64,000 nt of DNA from Octopus sinensis (taxonomy: Eukaryota), in the NCBI RefSeq assembly GCF_006345805.1, contig NW_021835996.1, positions 186,001 to 250,000 on the forward strand. Direction: 5' to 3'. A model generated the notes under the pieces. It was given only the letters and a program-made list of their open reading frames with translations, searched no databases and was not told the origin of the DNA. How positions within the stretch are numbered: position 1 is the first letter of the stretch; each line of letters begins with the position of its first letter. Shown here one piece after another: positions 1-11,634 of the stretch. The translations under genes were made by a program, and so were the position numbers.

Positions 1-279
1 CTTCTGCCTACCCTCGAGCATCCCACATACAGCTGTCCATGTGAAAAGCACTCACTCTCTAAAAATAACCCAACTACCTTTAATGACTGTCCCTGGGCCT
101 TGTTTATTGTCATTGCAAAACTCATCCTCAAAGGAAATTGCAGCCTTTTAAATCTAAATGGTAATTCATCAGAAATTATCGGAATTCGTGGAATATAAAC
201 ATCCTCACCTCAATACTTACCTGTTAATATCGTCGCCTCTATTACGTTAGCCATCTTTCTTCAGCTTCATTTTTCCTCC

Positions 280-492
280 TTCGGTTATCTATTTAAAAAA
301 TTATTTTTGAATAATAAAAAATATTAGGAAAAAAGAGGCATACAGAAAATAAATTCTATCTTTACGAAAAACTTCTTTTTTTAAGGTCGTCTTCCCTCTT
401 TCGGTTATCTATTGAAAAAATTATTTTTGAATAATAAAAAAATTTAGGAAAAGAGGCATACCGAAAATAAATTCTATCTTCACGAAAAACTT
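280..492. repeat. Two-copy direct repeat, period about 120 bp
   Basis: Seen: ttcggttatct...tttacgaaaaactt at 280-373 recurs with few changes at 400-492. Confidence 0.85.
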
Positions 493-536
493 AACTAAAT
501 AGCTAATATTTTTACGCAAATTCTTCTGATTGCGCT

Positions 537-741
537 GTCAATTGGTGGTAAATTGTGTTAATGATTGTGCTAATGTGGTTTCAACTATCAAAGTGTTTTT
601 CAAAATCAGTTAATTGCACACTCTATTCAAGGTCGTGCGTCAATTGGTGGTAAATTGTGTTAATGATTGTGCTAATCTGGTTTCAACTATCAAAGTGGTT
701 TTTCAAAATCTGTTAATTGCACACTCTATTCAAAGTCGTGC
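537..741. repeat. Two-copy tandem repeat, period about 102 bp
   Basis: Seen: gtcaattggtggtaaattgtg...gtcgtgc at 537-638 and again at 639-741, nearly identical. Confidence 0.9.
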
Positions 742-951
742 AATCTGTGATTGCACATTCTGTCAAAGTCAAATATGATAATAGCTTTAATTTTGATTCA
801 TGGTCGATAATGATATATGCATTTAATTTTAAAGAGAAAAACATAGGATGAATTGAATTTCTTTATCGCGAATAATTGGGAGTTCATCATTGTTAATATT
901 CTCGCTGTCGTTTTCATCAAGGATATTCTTAATACGTGAGATTTTTGCCTT

Positions 952-1938
952 GAAGGTTTTAATGGACCTCATCATGAATGTCGAGGACATTCGCGTTGTT
1001 CATTTTAATCAAAATGCAGAAAATAATTTTTTGATTTTTTGGGGGGGAAGGTTTTAAGGACTTCATCATGTAAGTCGAGGACATTGTAGTTGTTCATTTT
1101 AACCAAAATGCAGAAAATTTTTTTTTAATTTTTTTTGGGGGGGGTTTTAAGGACTTCATCATGTAAGTTGAGGACATTGTAGTTGTTCATTTTAACCAAA
1201 ATGCAGAAAATTTTTTTTTAATTTTTTTGGGGGGGAAGGTTTTAAGGACTTCATCATGTAAGTCGAGGACATTGTAGTTGTTCATTTTAACCAAAATGCA
1301 GAAATTTTTTTTTAATTTTTTTTGGGGGGGAAGGTTTTAAGGACTTCATCATGTAAGTCGAGGACATTGTAGTTGTTCATTTTAACCAAAATGCAGAAAA
1401 TTTTTTTTTAATTTTTTTTGGGGGGGAAGGTTTTAAGGACTTCATCATGTAAGTCGAGGACATTGTAGTTGTTCATTTTAACCAAAATGCAGAAAATTTT
1501 TTTTAATTTTTTTTGGGGGGGAAGGTTTTAAGGACTTCATCATGTAGGTCGAGGACATTGTAGTTGTTCATTTTAACCAAAATGCAGAAAATTTTTTTTT
1601 AATTTTTTTTGGGGGGAAGGTTTTAAGGACCTCATCATGTAAGTCGAGGACATTGTAGTTGTTCATTTTAACCAAAATGCAGAAAATTTTTTTTTAATTT
1701 TTTTTGGGGGGGAAGGTTTTAAGGACTTCATCATGTAAGTCGAGGACATTGTAGTTGTTCATTTTAACCAAAATGCAGAAAATTTTTTTTTAATTTTTTT
1801 GGGGGGGAAGGTTTTAAGGACTTCATCATGTAAGTCGAGGACATTGTAGTTGTTCATTTTAACCAAAATGCAGAAAATTTTTTTTTAATTTTTTTGGGGG
1901 GAAGGTTTTAAGGACCTCATCATGTAAGTCGAGGACAT
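952..1938. repeat. Tandem array of about 10 copies of a ~95-bp unit
   Basis: Seen: unit gaaggttttaaggacttcatcatgtaagtcgaggacattgtagttgttcattttaaccaaaatgcagaaaa(t)n aa(t)n (g)n. Units differ mainly in homopolymer length; the first copy is more diverged and the last is partial. Confidence 0.97.
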
Positions 1939-3378
1939 CGTATTGCCAATTTGAAGTTGGTGTGCACACACAGACAGACAGACAGACAGACAGACACACA
2001 GACAGACAGACACACAGACAGACACACACCATACCATTTTATTATTAAGATTTTCTGGCTTGAAGTTTCTATCCTTTTCGAGCAATTTATTCAGCATAGA
2101 AAAGCTTCTTTCTGCAGATATTGATGTTGAAGGACATTTCCATAAGTAAATAAATGTTTTTGGAGAAATACTAGAAATTCTAGCATTTTTAATATTCATC
2201 CATGGTAACATACTTATCCGCTTTAAAAAATACTTGTTGATGTCACAATTATCCTCACCAAAATTAACGGAATCAATGAATTCAATTGCATCTTTAATTG
2301 TATAAAATTTTTCTTGGCATTTTCTGATTTCATCAATAATAGGGTTGTATGAAGCCATTAACTCTGCCAGATTTTTCTCCAAATTTTCAGAGCTAACAGC
2401 ATTTTTCGCATTCATCACAATCTTTCCACAATTTGGATAGGATAAGACAATTTCGCGAACCCTTGAAAGATGTCGACTATAATATTTTGCTGCGTCCAAC
2501 CAGCTGCCCCATCTTGTTAGAACAACATCAGGTGGAAGTCCAATAACTGTAAAAAGACTCCTCCGGGAGGGATTTTTTACAATCGACATTTTGATAGACG
2601 AGATTAAGTCGTCAATATATTTATAATGTGCTCTAATCTTTAATGCACAATTGTGCAGAAGATGAGCAAAACAAGTTATATGAATCATTTTAATATACAT
2701 AACCTTCAATGTACTCGCTGCTAAAGTCATATAACGGGCAGCATCAGAAATAAATAATAAAAAATTTTCCCTTTTTATATCATAAATTCGAATTGTGTCA
2801 TCCACAATTCTACAAATTGCAGATGCATCACAAATTTCAATTTCCAAACAATTTAATAAATGAATTTTTTTAGGACTTTCAATAGTCCCACAAAGAACGT
2901 TAACAAATTTCTGTTTATTGATTTCCGTTTCATCAACAAGTATGAATATATCTTTTCCAGAAATAATTGTTTTAAGCATTTCAATCAATTGATATTGCAA
3001 ATCTGGAACTATATTTCTGCACCAACTTTCGCTGGGAACAGTAAATCCGAGATTATTAAAAAAATTAATAAAGTGTTCATTTCTTATTTTGTGAAAAGGT
3101 ATATTCGCCTTCGTCATCATTTCGACTAAGCAAATTCCGAAATTTTTCTTTGCTTCAAGTTTCGGAAAAGTGTTGAGTTGCGTTTGAAATTTTGTCTGTT
3201 CCTTTTTATGCCGGGTAGTTTCCCTGTGCTGCACCACATTAAACGTTTTCGTAAAATTAACAAAAACTGAGCATTTCAAACAAAATAAACGTCCAGCTGA
3301 ATCAATCTGAAATTCAGACGGGTATCGTTTAATTATTTTATTTAACTTTTGATTGTTAGATTGCTTTTGTTTCGGCAT
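1885..3378 (-). CDS. CGGBP1-like hAT-type DDE transposase; native C-terminus replaced by microsatellite-derived sequence
   Basis: Seen: intronless ORF, probable ATG at 3378 (MPKQK). N-terminal BED-like finger (LFCLKC...QHRETTRH), then VDET, SDAARYM, CFAHLLH, LTRWGSW and CPSTSISAERSFS...ENL. Knowledge: these motifs match the CGGBP1-like hAT transposase group. No TIRs identified. Confidence 0.8.
   Translation of the reverse strand: MPKQKQSNNQKLNKIIKRYPSEFQIDSAGRLFCLKCSVFVNFTKTFNVVQHRETTRHKKEQTKFQTQLNTFPKLEAKKNFGICLVEMMTKANIPFHKIRNEHFINFFNNLGFTVPSESWCRNIVPDLQYQLIEMLKTIISGKDIFILVDETEINKQKFVNVLCGTIESPKKIHLLNCLEIEICDASAICRIVDDTIRIYDIKRENFLLFISDAARYMTLAASTLKVMYIKMIHITCFAHLLHNCALKIRAHYKYIDDLISSIKMSIVKNPSRRSLFTVIGLPPDVVLTRWGSWLDAAKYYSRHLSRVREIVLSYPNCGKIVMNAKNAVSSENLEKNLAELMASYNPIIDEIRKCQEKFYTIKDAIEFIDSVNFGEDNCDINKYFLKRISMLPWMNIKNARISSISPKTFIYLWKCPSTSISAERSFSMLNKLLEKDRNFKPENLNNKMVWCVSVCVSVCLCVCLSVCLSVCAHQLQIGNTMSSTYMMRSLKPSPQKN
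1964..2029. repeat. Compound (CA)/(CAGA) microsatellite
   Basis: Seen directly. Confidence 0.95.
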
Positions 3379-3614
3379 GTGAAAATCTATAATATTTAAG
3401 CGGGCAACTACCAAAACGTGTGAAAACGTGTTATTGTCAAAATTTAAACAAAGATTAATAAAAATATATGATTTAATAAATATAAATATGACCTAACAAA
3501 AAAAATATGACCTATAAGACCTAAAAAAAATTAATAAAACTATTAAAAAATATAATAATAGTTTATATAATTATTCGAAGACGTTAAATTGAATTTATTT
3601 GTTGCATAGGTGTA

Positions 3615-5076
3615 CACCCCTCGACATTAAAATCCGGACAGTTAATAAATCGTCATTTTTATTATCAATTTTATTAAATTAAAAACTTAAGCATGCTAAT
3701 ATCATCTATATTTTTTAATTTTATAATATTTATCCATGTCTTTTTAAAATATTGAGAATAAAGCAAAAACCGATTTTTTAAGACAAAAAATTCCGGACAA
3801 ATGTCAAAAAATAAAATATCAGTAAGGAATATGCTTTCCTCTCGATTTATATAACTCTAAACTACGAGTTTTCATCGAATTTATTAATTTTCGAAAAAAA
3901 TTAATTGAAATTTTATTCCAAATTTTTAATATTTTATCCTTTTGTTGATGTTTATTTTTTGGTCGATTTTCTGTATCATCCCTCGATAATTCATATTTAA
4001 TTTTTGACCAAATATGTCCAATGGGATTCATATCGGGGGATTGTGCCGGCCAATCGAGTAAATTAATTTTGTTTGCAAAAAAATACTCCTTTGTTGCTTT
4101 CGAAGTATGACATGGGGCATTGTCTTGCTGGAATATGAAGCTGTTTAATCCCATTTTAATGGCTGATTTTTCCAGATTGTTAGCAAGATTGTTTATATAT
4201 TGTCCTGAGTTTATTTTTTCATCGATGAAACATAACGAACCCATTCCAAAATATGAAAAGCATCCCCAGACCATAATTTTGCCGCCACCACACTTAACAG
4301 TTGGGTGATAATTTGAATTTTTAAATTTATTTCCCCTTTTTCGGTATATTATTTTTCTTTTTGGTGCATAATAAACTTCAAAAGTACACTCGTCTGAAAA
4401 AATGACTTATCTCCATCCTTCATCATACATACCAACGAATATTTTCAATATTTCATATCTTTTGAGTATGTTTTTTTACTTAACAATGGTTTTTCCTTTG
4501 CTACTCTTCAAAATAAACCATTCTTATTTAAATTCCGGGTAATTGTTCAGGGGAAAATTACTTTTTGAGTGATGGTTTCCATTTCTAGAGCGAGGTCTTT
4601 AGCAGATTTTTCACTATTGGCTTCAGAAAGTTCCACTAATATTTTGATTTCGTTTGTATTGAGCAATGTTGCTCTTCCAGACCCACTTTTTCTATAAATG
4701 GTTCCTGACTTTATGTATTTTCGAACAACATCGAAAACTGTCGATTTCGGAACTCCGAGGATATCAGAAATTCTCCTATAAGAAAAATTTTGCTGGTAAT
4801 AAAAAATAATTTGTCCTTTACAAAAAGAATCCATTAATTTTTTTCTAAAATATTTAAAAAAATTAGCTCCTTTAACTATAATAGCAAAAGTGTCCGGAAT
4901 TTTACGCCACTGAAAACACGTTTTATGCTTTTAAATAACGTTTTATAAAACTTTTGTAAATATATTTTTTGAATATAAAAATATAGAAAAAAATATTATG
5001 CTCAAAGGTTTTTTTTCTAAATTTGATGATAAAAATGACGATTTATTAATTGTCCGGATTTTAATGTCGAGGGGTG
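3615..5076 (-). mobile_element. Tc1/mariner element with IR/DR-type ends and TA target duplication
   Basis: Seen: TA|CACCCCTCGACATTAAAATCCGGACA... and its reverse complement ending at 5076|TA. About 46 bp of near-perfect TIR, with inner repeats aaaattccggaca (~3787) and tgtccggaatttt (~4891). Confidence 0.95.
3819..4834 (-). pseudogene. Tc1-family DD34E transposase, inactivated
   Basis: Seen: N-terminal HTH (YRRISDILGVPKSTV), WR*VIFSDE with a premature TAA, FQQDNAPCH, and SPDMNPIGHIW where the catalytic E is G. Confidence 0.9.
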
Positions 5077-5415
5077 TAGATTTTTTGAGATTAATTCACA
5101 AAAATCATTAATAGTAGTATTGAAATGTTAAAGAAATGTATTCTGTAAAACAGCACATTCGCATTGCCATAAGCCCGTAGGTGCTTGAAGTTTTGCTTGC
5201 GCCAGTTAAGAGCAGATATATCTTGTGAAATTGCTGGGATAATACCTACTGAAATGAAATACTTTCTGAGATAAAAGTCCTGTTGTGTTTGATAATCTGT
5301 CAGGAACCATGGAAAACATTAAGGAAAAAAATTTTGATGTTGAAAAAAAACGAATTGGAAGAATCAGTTTTAGACATTGCCCTAAGTTCGTTAAAAGATT
5401 TTTGATGGTTTAAAT

Positions 5416-7490
5416 CAGTGATTCTCAAGCTTTTTTGCTCAGGGGCCGCAAATTAAAAAAAAAAATTTACAGGGGCCGCAAATAATTTTTAAGAATTATT
5501 TATTAACCAAATAATCAAAATTAGGTTTAATTCTACTTGTTGAAGTACGTAACAAATCACTCAGATGAGTATCAGTCAATCTGCTGCGAAACTTTGTTTT
5601 AATTCGAACGAGTTTACTAAATGTCGATTCGCAGACATATGTTGATCCAAACATTGCTAAATTTTTCTTTGCATTATTGACTAAATTCGGAAATCGGTTC
5701 TCTGGAATTCTCGAATAAAAGTCAATTATTGAAATGTTGTTGAACAAACTTTTCAGTTCAACATCATTTTGCAAATCAATCAATTCCAGTTGGTAAATCC
5801 CGGAAACCTCCTCACTTTTCATAATTAATGGAGATGCAAATAATCTCATTGAATTTGCACCTTCTTTAAAGCTCTGTCAGCTTAAATTAAATACTAAAAA
5901 CCTGAAATCTTGCATCAAATTGCAAATTTAAATCTTCAATTATTTTTAAATATTTATCAGTTGAGCCACTTTCGGAATTTTCTGACAAATAAGGAAAATG
6001 TGTGTAATCATTATTTGATATCTGCGCTTTCCATAAAATTAATTTCTTAACGAAGGCATTTATATATCCATAAATTTGATAATTTAGCTTATTTTCCCCT
6101 TGTAGTTCGACATTTAGGGCAGACAGATGCACCGATAGATCCACATAAAATGCTAAATCTGCTACCCATCTATTGTCTTTCAATAATGCATTGTCCACTT
6201 TATTTTCAGTGAATAAAATAATTTCAGGGAGAAGTTGATAAAATCTAAATATAAAAGAAATTAACCTTTTGAGACAAGAGCTACGGCTTAACCATCTTAC
6301 TACTGAGAAAAGAAGGACATCGCCATAATCCGAATCGGTTTCAGTTAAAAATGTTTTAAATTTTCGGTGATTCAAGGCGTTCGCCCGAATCCAATTGACA
6401 ATTTTTATCACTACTTCAGAAACATTTTCCATTTTAATATTTTTGGAAATTAGGTTTTCCTGATGAATAATGCAATGATGCCATAATACTGGAGTCCAGT
6501 TATTATCACACCTCCATTTATTCATACGTCCACGAAAACCAGTTTTACTGCCAATCATATAAGGGGCTCCATCAGTTGAAATTGAAACTAATTTTTTTGG
6601 ATCCAGTTGATAATCTTCAATTAATTTCACAATTGGAGAAAAAATCTGTGTTCCTTTAGTTTCTCCGTGAAGTGAATTCAATGAAAAAAATTCTTCGTAT
6701 ACTCGAAAGTCAGATGTTACTCCCCTTATAAACACTACTAATTGTTCGATATCTGAAATATCTTTGGAACAATCAAGCGCAAAAGAATAATATTGAAAAT
6801 CTTTACAAATTCTAAAAATTACAAAACAATTTGCATACTGTAAAAGTTCGTTAATCAGATTATCAGATATATCACTGACTCTTCTAGTAACAGTATCGTT
6901 ACTTAGAGGTAACTTGTGTGCAATATCGAAAACAGCGGGCGAACAACATTCCGATGCAAATATTTCGATTGCCGTTTTATATAATTCGCCATCAGAATAA
7001 GGCTTCATATTTTTAGCCAATAGGTAACTAATTTTGTATGATGCCAGGTTAATATTAGACGAATATGTGCCACTTTTGAAAGTAAATGATCGTTTTAAAT
7101 AATCTTCTTTCATTTGTTTTAGTTTTTTCGTCCGAGAAACACCAGTGAATTTGTCATAAAGAATAGAGTGGAAACGGTAGTGCCGTTCGATTGTATACGT
7201 TTTTAGAGTTGCAATAATAGAATGGCATATTAGGCAAAGAGCCTTTCCATTGATCTCAATAATGAAATATTTTTCTTCCCAGATGTGTTGAAAAATCCTA
7301 TTTTCCTCGGAAAGTTTTCGACAACGTTTAGAATCAGACATCACAACAACAAATAAAAAACGTGACATTTTTTTATTCATAAAATTTAAAAATATTAAAT
7401 TAAAAAATAAAACATTTATAAAACCTAGGGGCCGCAAATTAAATCCTAGGGGCCGCATGCGGCCCCAGGGGCCGCACTTGAGAATCACTG
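5416..7490 (-). mobile_element. hAT element (Charlie/SPIN, GTF2IRD2-like), apparently complete
   Basis: Seen: 14-bp TIR CAGTGATTCTCAAG, 8-bp TSD GTTTAAAT (5408-5415 and 7491-7498), subterminal ggggccgca repeats at both ends. Confidence 0.97.
5496..7341 (-). CDS. hAT transposase, about 589 aa after removing three micro-introns (6812-6838, 6245-6265, 5874-5901)
   Basis: Seen: BED finger (CLICHS...RHY), LDCSKD, TDGAPYM, HCIIHQE, VRWLS and CESTFS. Removing GT-AG introns of 27, 21 and 28 nt restores family-typical ELLQICKDFQYY, CLKRFYQL and RFQSFKE in one open frame. Confidence 0.85.
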
Positions 7491-7791
7491 GTTTAAATGA
7501 AGTTTATTCAGCAGTTTGAGAAAAACAATGGATATGGAAATAGAATTAATGCCTGTTTGATATGGAAATAGAATGGAAATAGGATTAATTAATTATTATT
7601 TCCAACAAATAATGATTTTTATGACTTTATTGTATTAATTAAAGTATTGAATTTATATCGGTGTTAATTTTTCGACAAAATCCCAGTTTTTGGAACACTT
7701 TATGTCGAGGTGCGAATGTATTAATTTAAAAAAAGAAACTAAAGATTATTTAGTAAGATAATTAAAGAATAAAGAATTCAAATCCTAACAT

Positions 7792-10700
7792 TTAACAACA
7801 TCTATTCTTAGGTTCCCTTGGCGATTCAGAAAGAACACTTTCTGCATATTCAGGATTAGGTGTTGATTTTTTTGACAACTAAAATGATGACTTAGTCATA
7901 CCTCGGAAATGATTCGATAAAAAGCATTTGTTACATTAAAATTCTGTGCAACCGATGTGGATATCCAGCCACATGTTATCTTTTCCTGATCACAGAAACC
8001 ATTCAATTGTTTGATCTCTATTTCTCCGATATTTATTAAATCAGACTAAAAAAATTACATAACAAAAACCTTTGTTATGACCAATAAACTCGTTTTTGGT
8101 GTTGAGTCTATGTTATACACCCTCTCATCCACTCTTTCTTTCCATAACTTGACTTTTTCCAAGGATTCAGAGTCGATTGAATCCGTGCATATAATGTAGC
8201 CATCAGCATTTTTATAGAAAGACGTGTTGGGTATATAACAATTTGGATCTCCTTAACATACAGAAACAAGGCAACCAGGAATTTCGATGGCACTAAAATT
8301 AATTTCACCAAATTCGGTATCCCCACATTTACATGTAATATAGTCAAACTAGAAGTAATTAATTTGACTTACGTCATAATTTTCCGTCAAATTTTGGGGT
8401 TTAATTATGAGCTTAAGTAAAGAGGATTTTCCAGAGTTTTTGTTTCCGATAACAAGAAAACGATAAAATTGCGGCTAAAATAAATTCAGAAAAAGTTACT
8501 AAATCTGATGGAATTGGATCTGGAGCTAAAATAATGTTATTTTAATTAAGTACTTGTTTGCATTCCCATTTCCTCAGTATCTAAAATGAGAGCTTTTAAA
8601 ATACCAGAATTGCTCTTAGGCCTTGGCCCTTTTGGAGACAGAAGGGGAGTATCGTCGTCTAGATTCAAAAATATTCCAGGAACTGCTTTCGTTGTAAAGT
8701 TCCCGTCCAATATATCTTTATTTTCGTTATTAAATACAACCTAGTTCTATGAAATCTTTTTTTAAATATTCTTCACTAGAGTCACTTATAAGTTTTATAT
8801 CATTCAATTCATTGTTGTTAGAGTCGTCTTTTATAAAAAACACGATTTTGCACCTGCTTCAACTATGTTTTTTAAACATTCTGTTGTAGTTTCTAGCACT
8901 TTAGAAGCACTCTCTTTATTTGTGCAAATGTCATCTTGGACTGTTTGCAAAGAAATGGAAACTAGTATTAATAAATTTGAACAAACCATCGTTGTTTTCG
9001 CCTTCTTCATCGTCACTCGCAATAATAATGTTGACTTCTTTTTTTTCCTGGTCATCATTTTGAATCAGAATTGAGTCATCTAGAAGTGATATTCGATGAA
9101 TCCCAAACATTTTATTAAGTCGTCTTTAATATTTAATTTGTCAATTTCAGATTCAACCTTGTCATCGATTATTTCTTTGGATATAATAAAAGGTTTTACC
9201 TCCTTGGACATCTTCAGAACCTCCAATTTCACATATATGACGTTCTTCTACCAGACTGTCAGTAAGCGGTACATCAACTTTAGTAAATTGCTCTACACTG
9301 ATTTCATTCGAAATTGAATCTAAATTTGACGGAATTAAATAAAACCAATTTCATTCCCATCACTATTTTCCTGGTCGATTAGACTTTTGGCTTCTATCTT
9401 ATTTTCGCTATCTTTTTCGACAACTTCTGGTATATAGGATTTCTCTTTTTCAGCATTATCCGATTCTTTAAATGTAAAAAAACAATACCTTTTCCCTCGT
9501 AACCCGTTTCCTCTGTGACTTCTTTATTTGTTTCAGTTCTTTCAATAGATTCCATACCACCTTTTCATGAATATTAAATTAAATACTCAATGTCGTTTCA
9601 TCATTCAAGTTTTCTATTTCTTCAGCTAGTATCTTATTTTCAGATTGATCTTTTTTTAAATATAAACAAATTAATGTACCTAAGAAAATTTCATCTTGTA
9701 CGATCTGGACATCAAACTTTTCCTCATTGTCTATTTCGGCACAGGTTTCTACTAGTCTTTCAAAACAAAAAGTACGTAAGGGAGAGATGATATTATTATC
9801 TTCTTTATTATTTTGATCTATAGAGATTCCGGCTTTCTCAGGTTTTACTAAAAAAGTTCCAACTTAACAATTTAAACTTATTTCGTCTTGAACAACCTTG
9901 ATTTCCATTGTCTCAGAATTCTCATTGTCGGAACAGTCTTCTTTTTGTATTGCTGTATTACTATGAATATTTAGATCTTCTGAAAATGTGGCATCTGTTG
10001 ATGTTACTAAATGAATTTAATGAAAAATAAAAACAGATTTCATCTTGCACAATGTTAACCTCCATCTTTTCATCATTCTCATTTTTGGTACAATTTACAT
10101 CACCAGGATCCGAACTTGCAATATTTGATTCGGAATTTCTTATCTGTCCATCTACAGCTACTTCTTTAATATCGCCAATATCAGTATCCTGCAAACTCAT
10201 TTCACAATCTACGTTAGCTTATCTTAAATATTTTTGAATTACTTTTTATTTTATCCATTTGATTAAGGGAATCTATTTGGTTTAGCTTTTCAGTTTGACT
10301 CAATTCTTCGTCGCTTTGTAGAGTCACGCTAATATCGGTATTTTCATTTTCGCTTAGAACTATGTTGATGTCTTAAGAAGTTTTACCTTCAATATTTATA
10401 TCAGCTTCTTTCCGATCATTATCGAAAGCATCTACTTGGTTTAAAAATGTAATTTACCTAATTTAGTCTCTTGGTATAATCCCAAATCAGGGTTTTGGGG
10501 CTTATCTTAATTATACACTAATGGCAATTAAAAACCACTTGATTGATTATCACTATCTATTTCTACCGTTTTTCCTTCAACTGATTCTTCCTGAATCTCG
10601 CCTTGTTAATAATAAAAATATTGATAACTTGGAATGGCTATAGTTTGAAACAACGGCGTGTCCCCTAATATTCTTAACCATCTTTTGTACCCTGATCCAA

Positions 10701-11130
10701 TGGAATATCCGGACTCCGTTGATCTTCAAGATCTGGTTCATCTTTGAACAATGGATTATAATATTTACCGTCTTCCTGAGCAATAAACTGAATCCTAGAT
10801 TTTGGTTGAGCCAAACTTCCTATTTTTATGATTTATAAATTAACAAACCAGGCTGACTGATAGTTTGCATTCTTTGAATATTTGTGTCAAGTATTGATTC
10901 TAATTATTTTATATACATTATTTTCATGTCTTTTTAACCATAAACTCACCTTCTATTTTGAATTGTGGTGATTTCTGAACACTGAGTTCTATCTCTAAAA
11001 AATCCAGTTTAATTAAACACCTTTATACTCTCCAATTCCTTCTCCAAACAAATCTTCAGGTTCTTAAGTCTATTTCAAGAGTATAAATTACCACTCATTA
11101 TGTCACACTTGTATTTGTCTAACCGCATTA
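7792..11130 (-). CDS. Multi-exon large Rab-like GTPase: acidic/coiled-coil N-terminus plus Rab32/38/29-like domain ending in CC
   Basis: Seen after manual splicing: FLVIGNKNSGKSS (G1, 8424-8447), IEIPGD (degenerate G3), FYKNADGYII, ITKSD (G4), GWISTSV (G5) and a C-terminal NRCC-stop. Inference: the upstream acidic exons belong to the same gene. The start codon is approximate. Confidence 0.7.
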
Positions 11131-11634
11131 CGGAAATTTAATTTATATAATATTTGCGCTATCGCTACTGACGCCGCCATCTATCGCTACGACCTATCAA
11201 AAATTCACTTCCATAACAACTCATGATTTAGGCCGCATTTTCTTGACGACTACTATAATCATCCTTCAAAGAGCATATCCGTTTCATTTATTCAGATTTA
11301 TACCACTGTGGGCTAGATTATCTAGTTAATCAGATTTATTATTAATCCTAAATTAACCTATTTTGTAATGCCGTAAACCTAAGTGTCAGTATTATGTTTA
11401 TGATAGATATGTTAACTGAAAATTAATTTTGGATAAGTAATCAAGTAAACTAGACAATCCTCGTCGTATTTCGAGTTACTTGTGGCAGTGTTTTTGTGCA
11501 CGACACAAATCCTCAACTGATGGTGTTCCAGGAACCAACAAGCGTCGTGAATTGACAGAAAAACAAGTCCTTCAAGCATAAATTAAGCAAACAAAAAATC
11601 AGCCGAAATCTTCCCCTGTAATTCTAAATTAAGT

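Noticed and set aside
280-741. Functional meaning for the two doubled modules at the window start
   Set aside because: The repeats are real, but nothing in the sequence separates them from ordinary local tandem duplications.
952-1938. CRISPR array
   Set aside because: There are no unique spacers, whole units repeat, no cas genes are present, and the context is eukaryotic.
7900-8350. piggyBac Cys-rich tail or zinc finger
   Set aside because: After removing micro-introns the region reads as the G3-G5 part of a Rab GTPase.
11230-11580. Possible small spliced gene (…LDNPRRISSYLWQCFCARHKS…)
   Set aside because: No convincing exon chain or recognisable family could be built.
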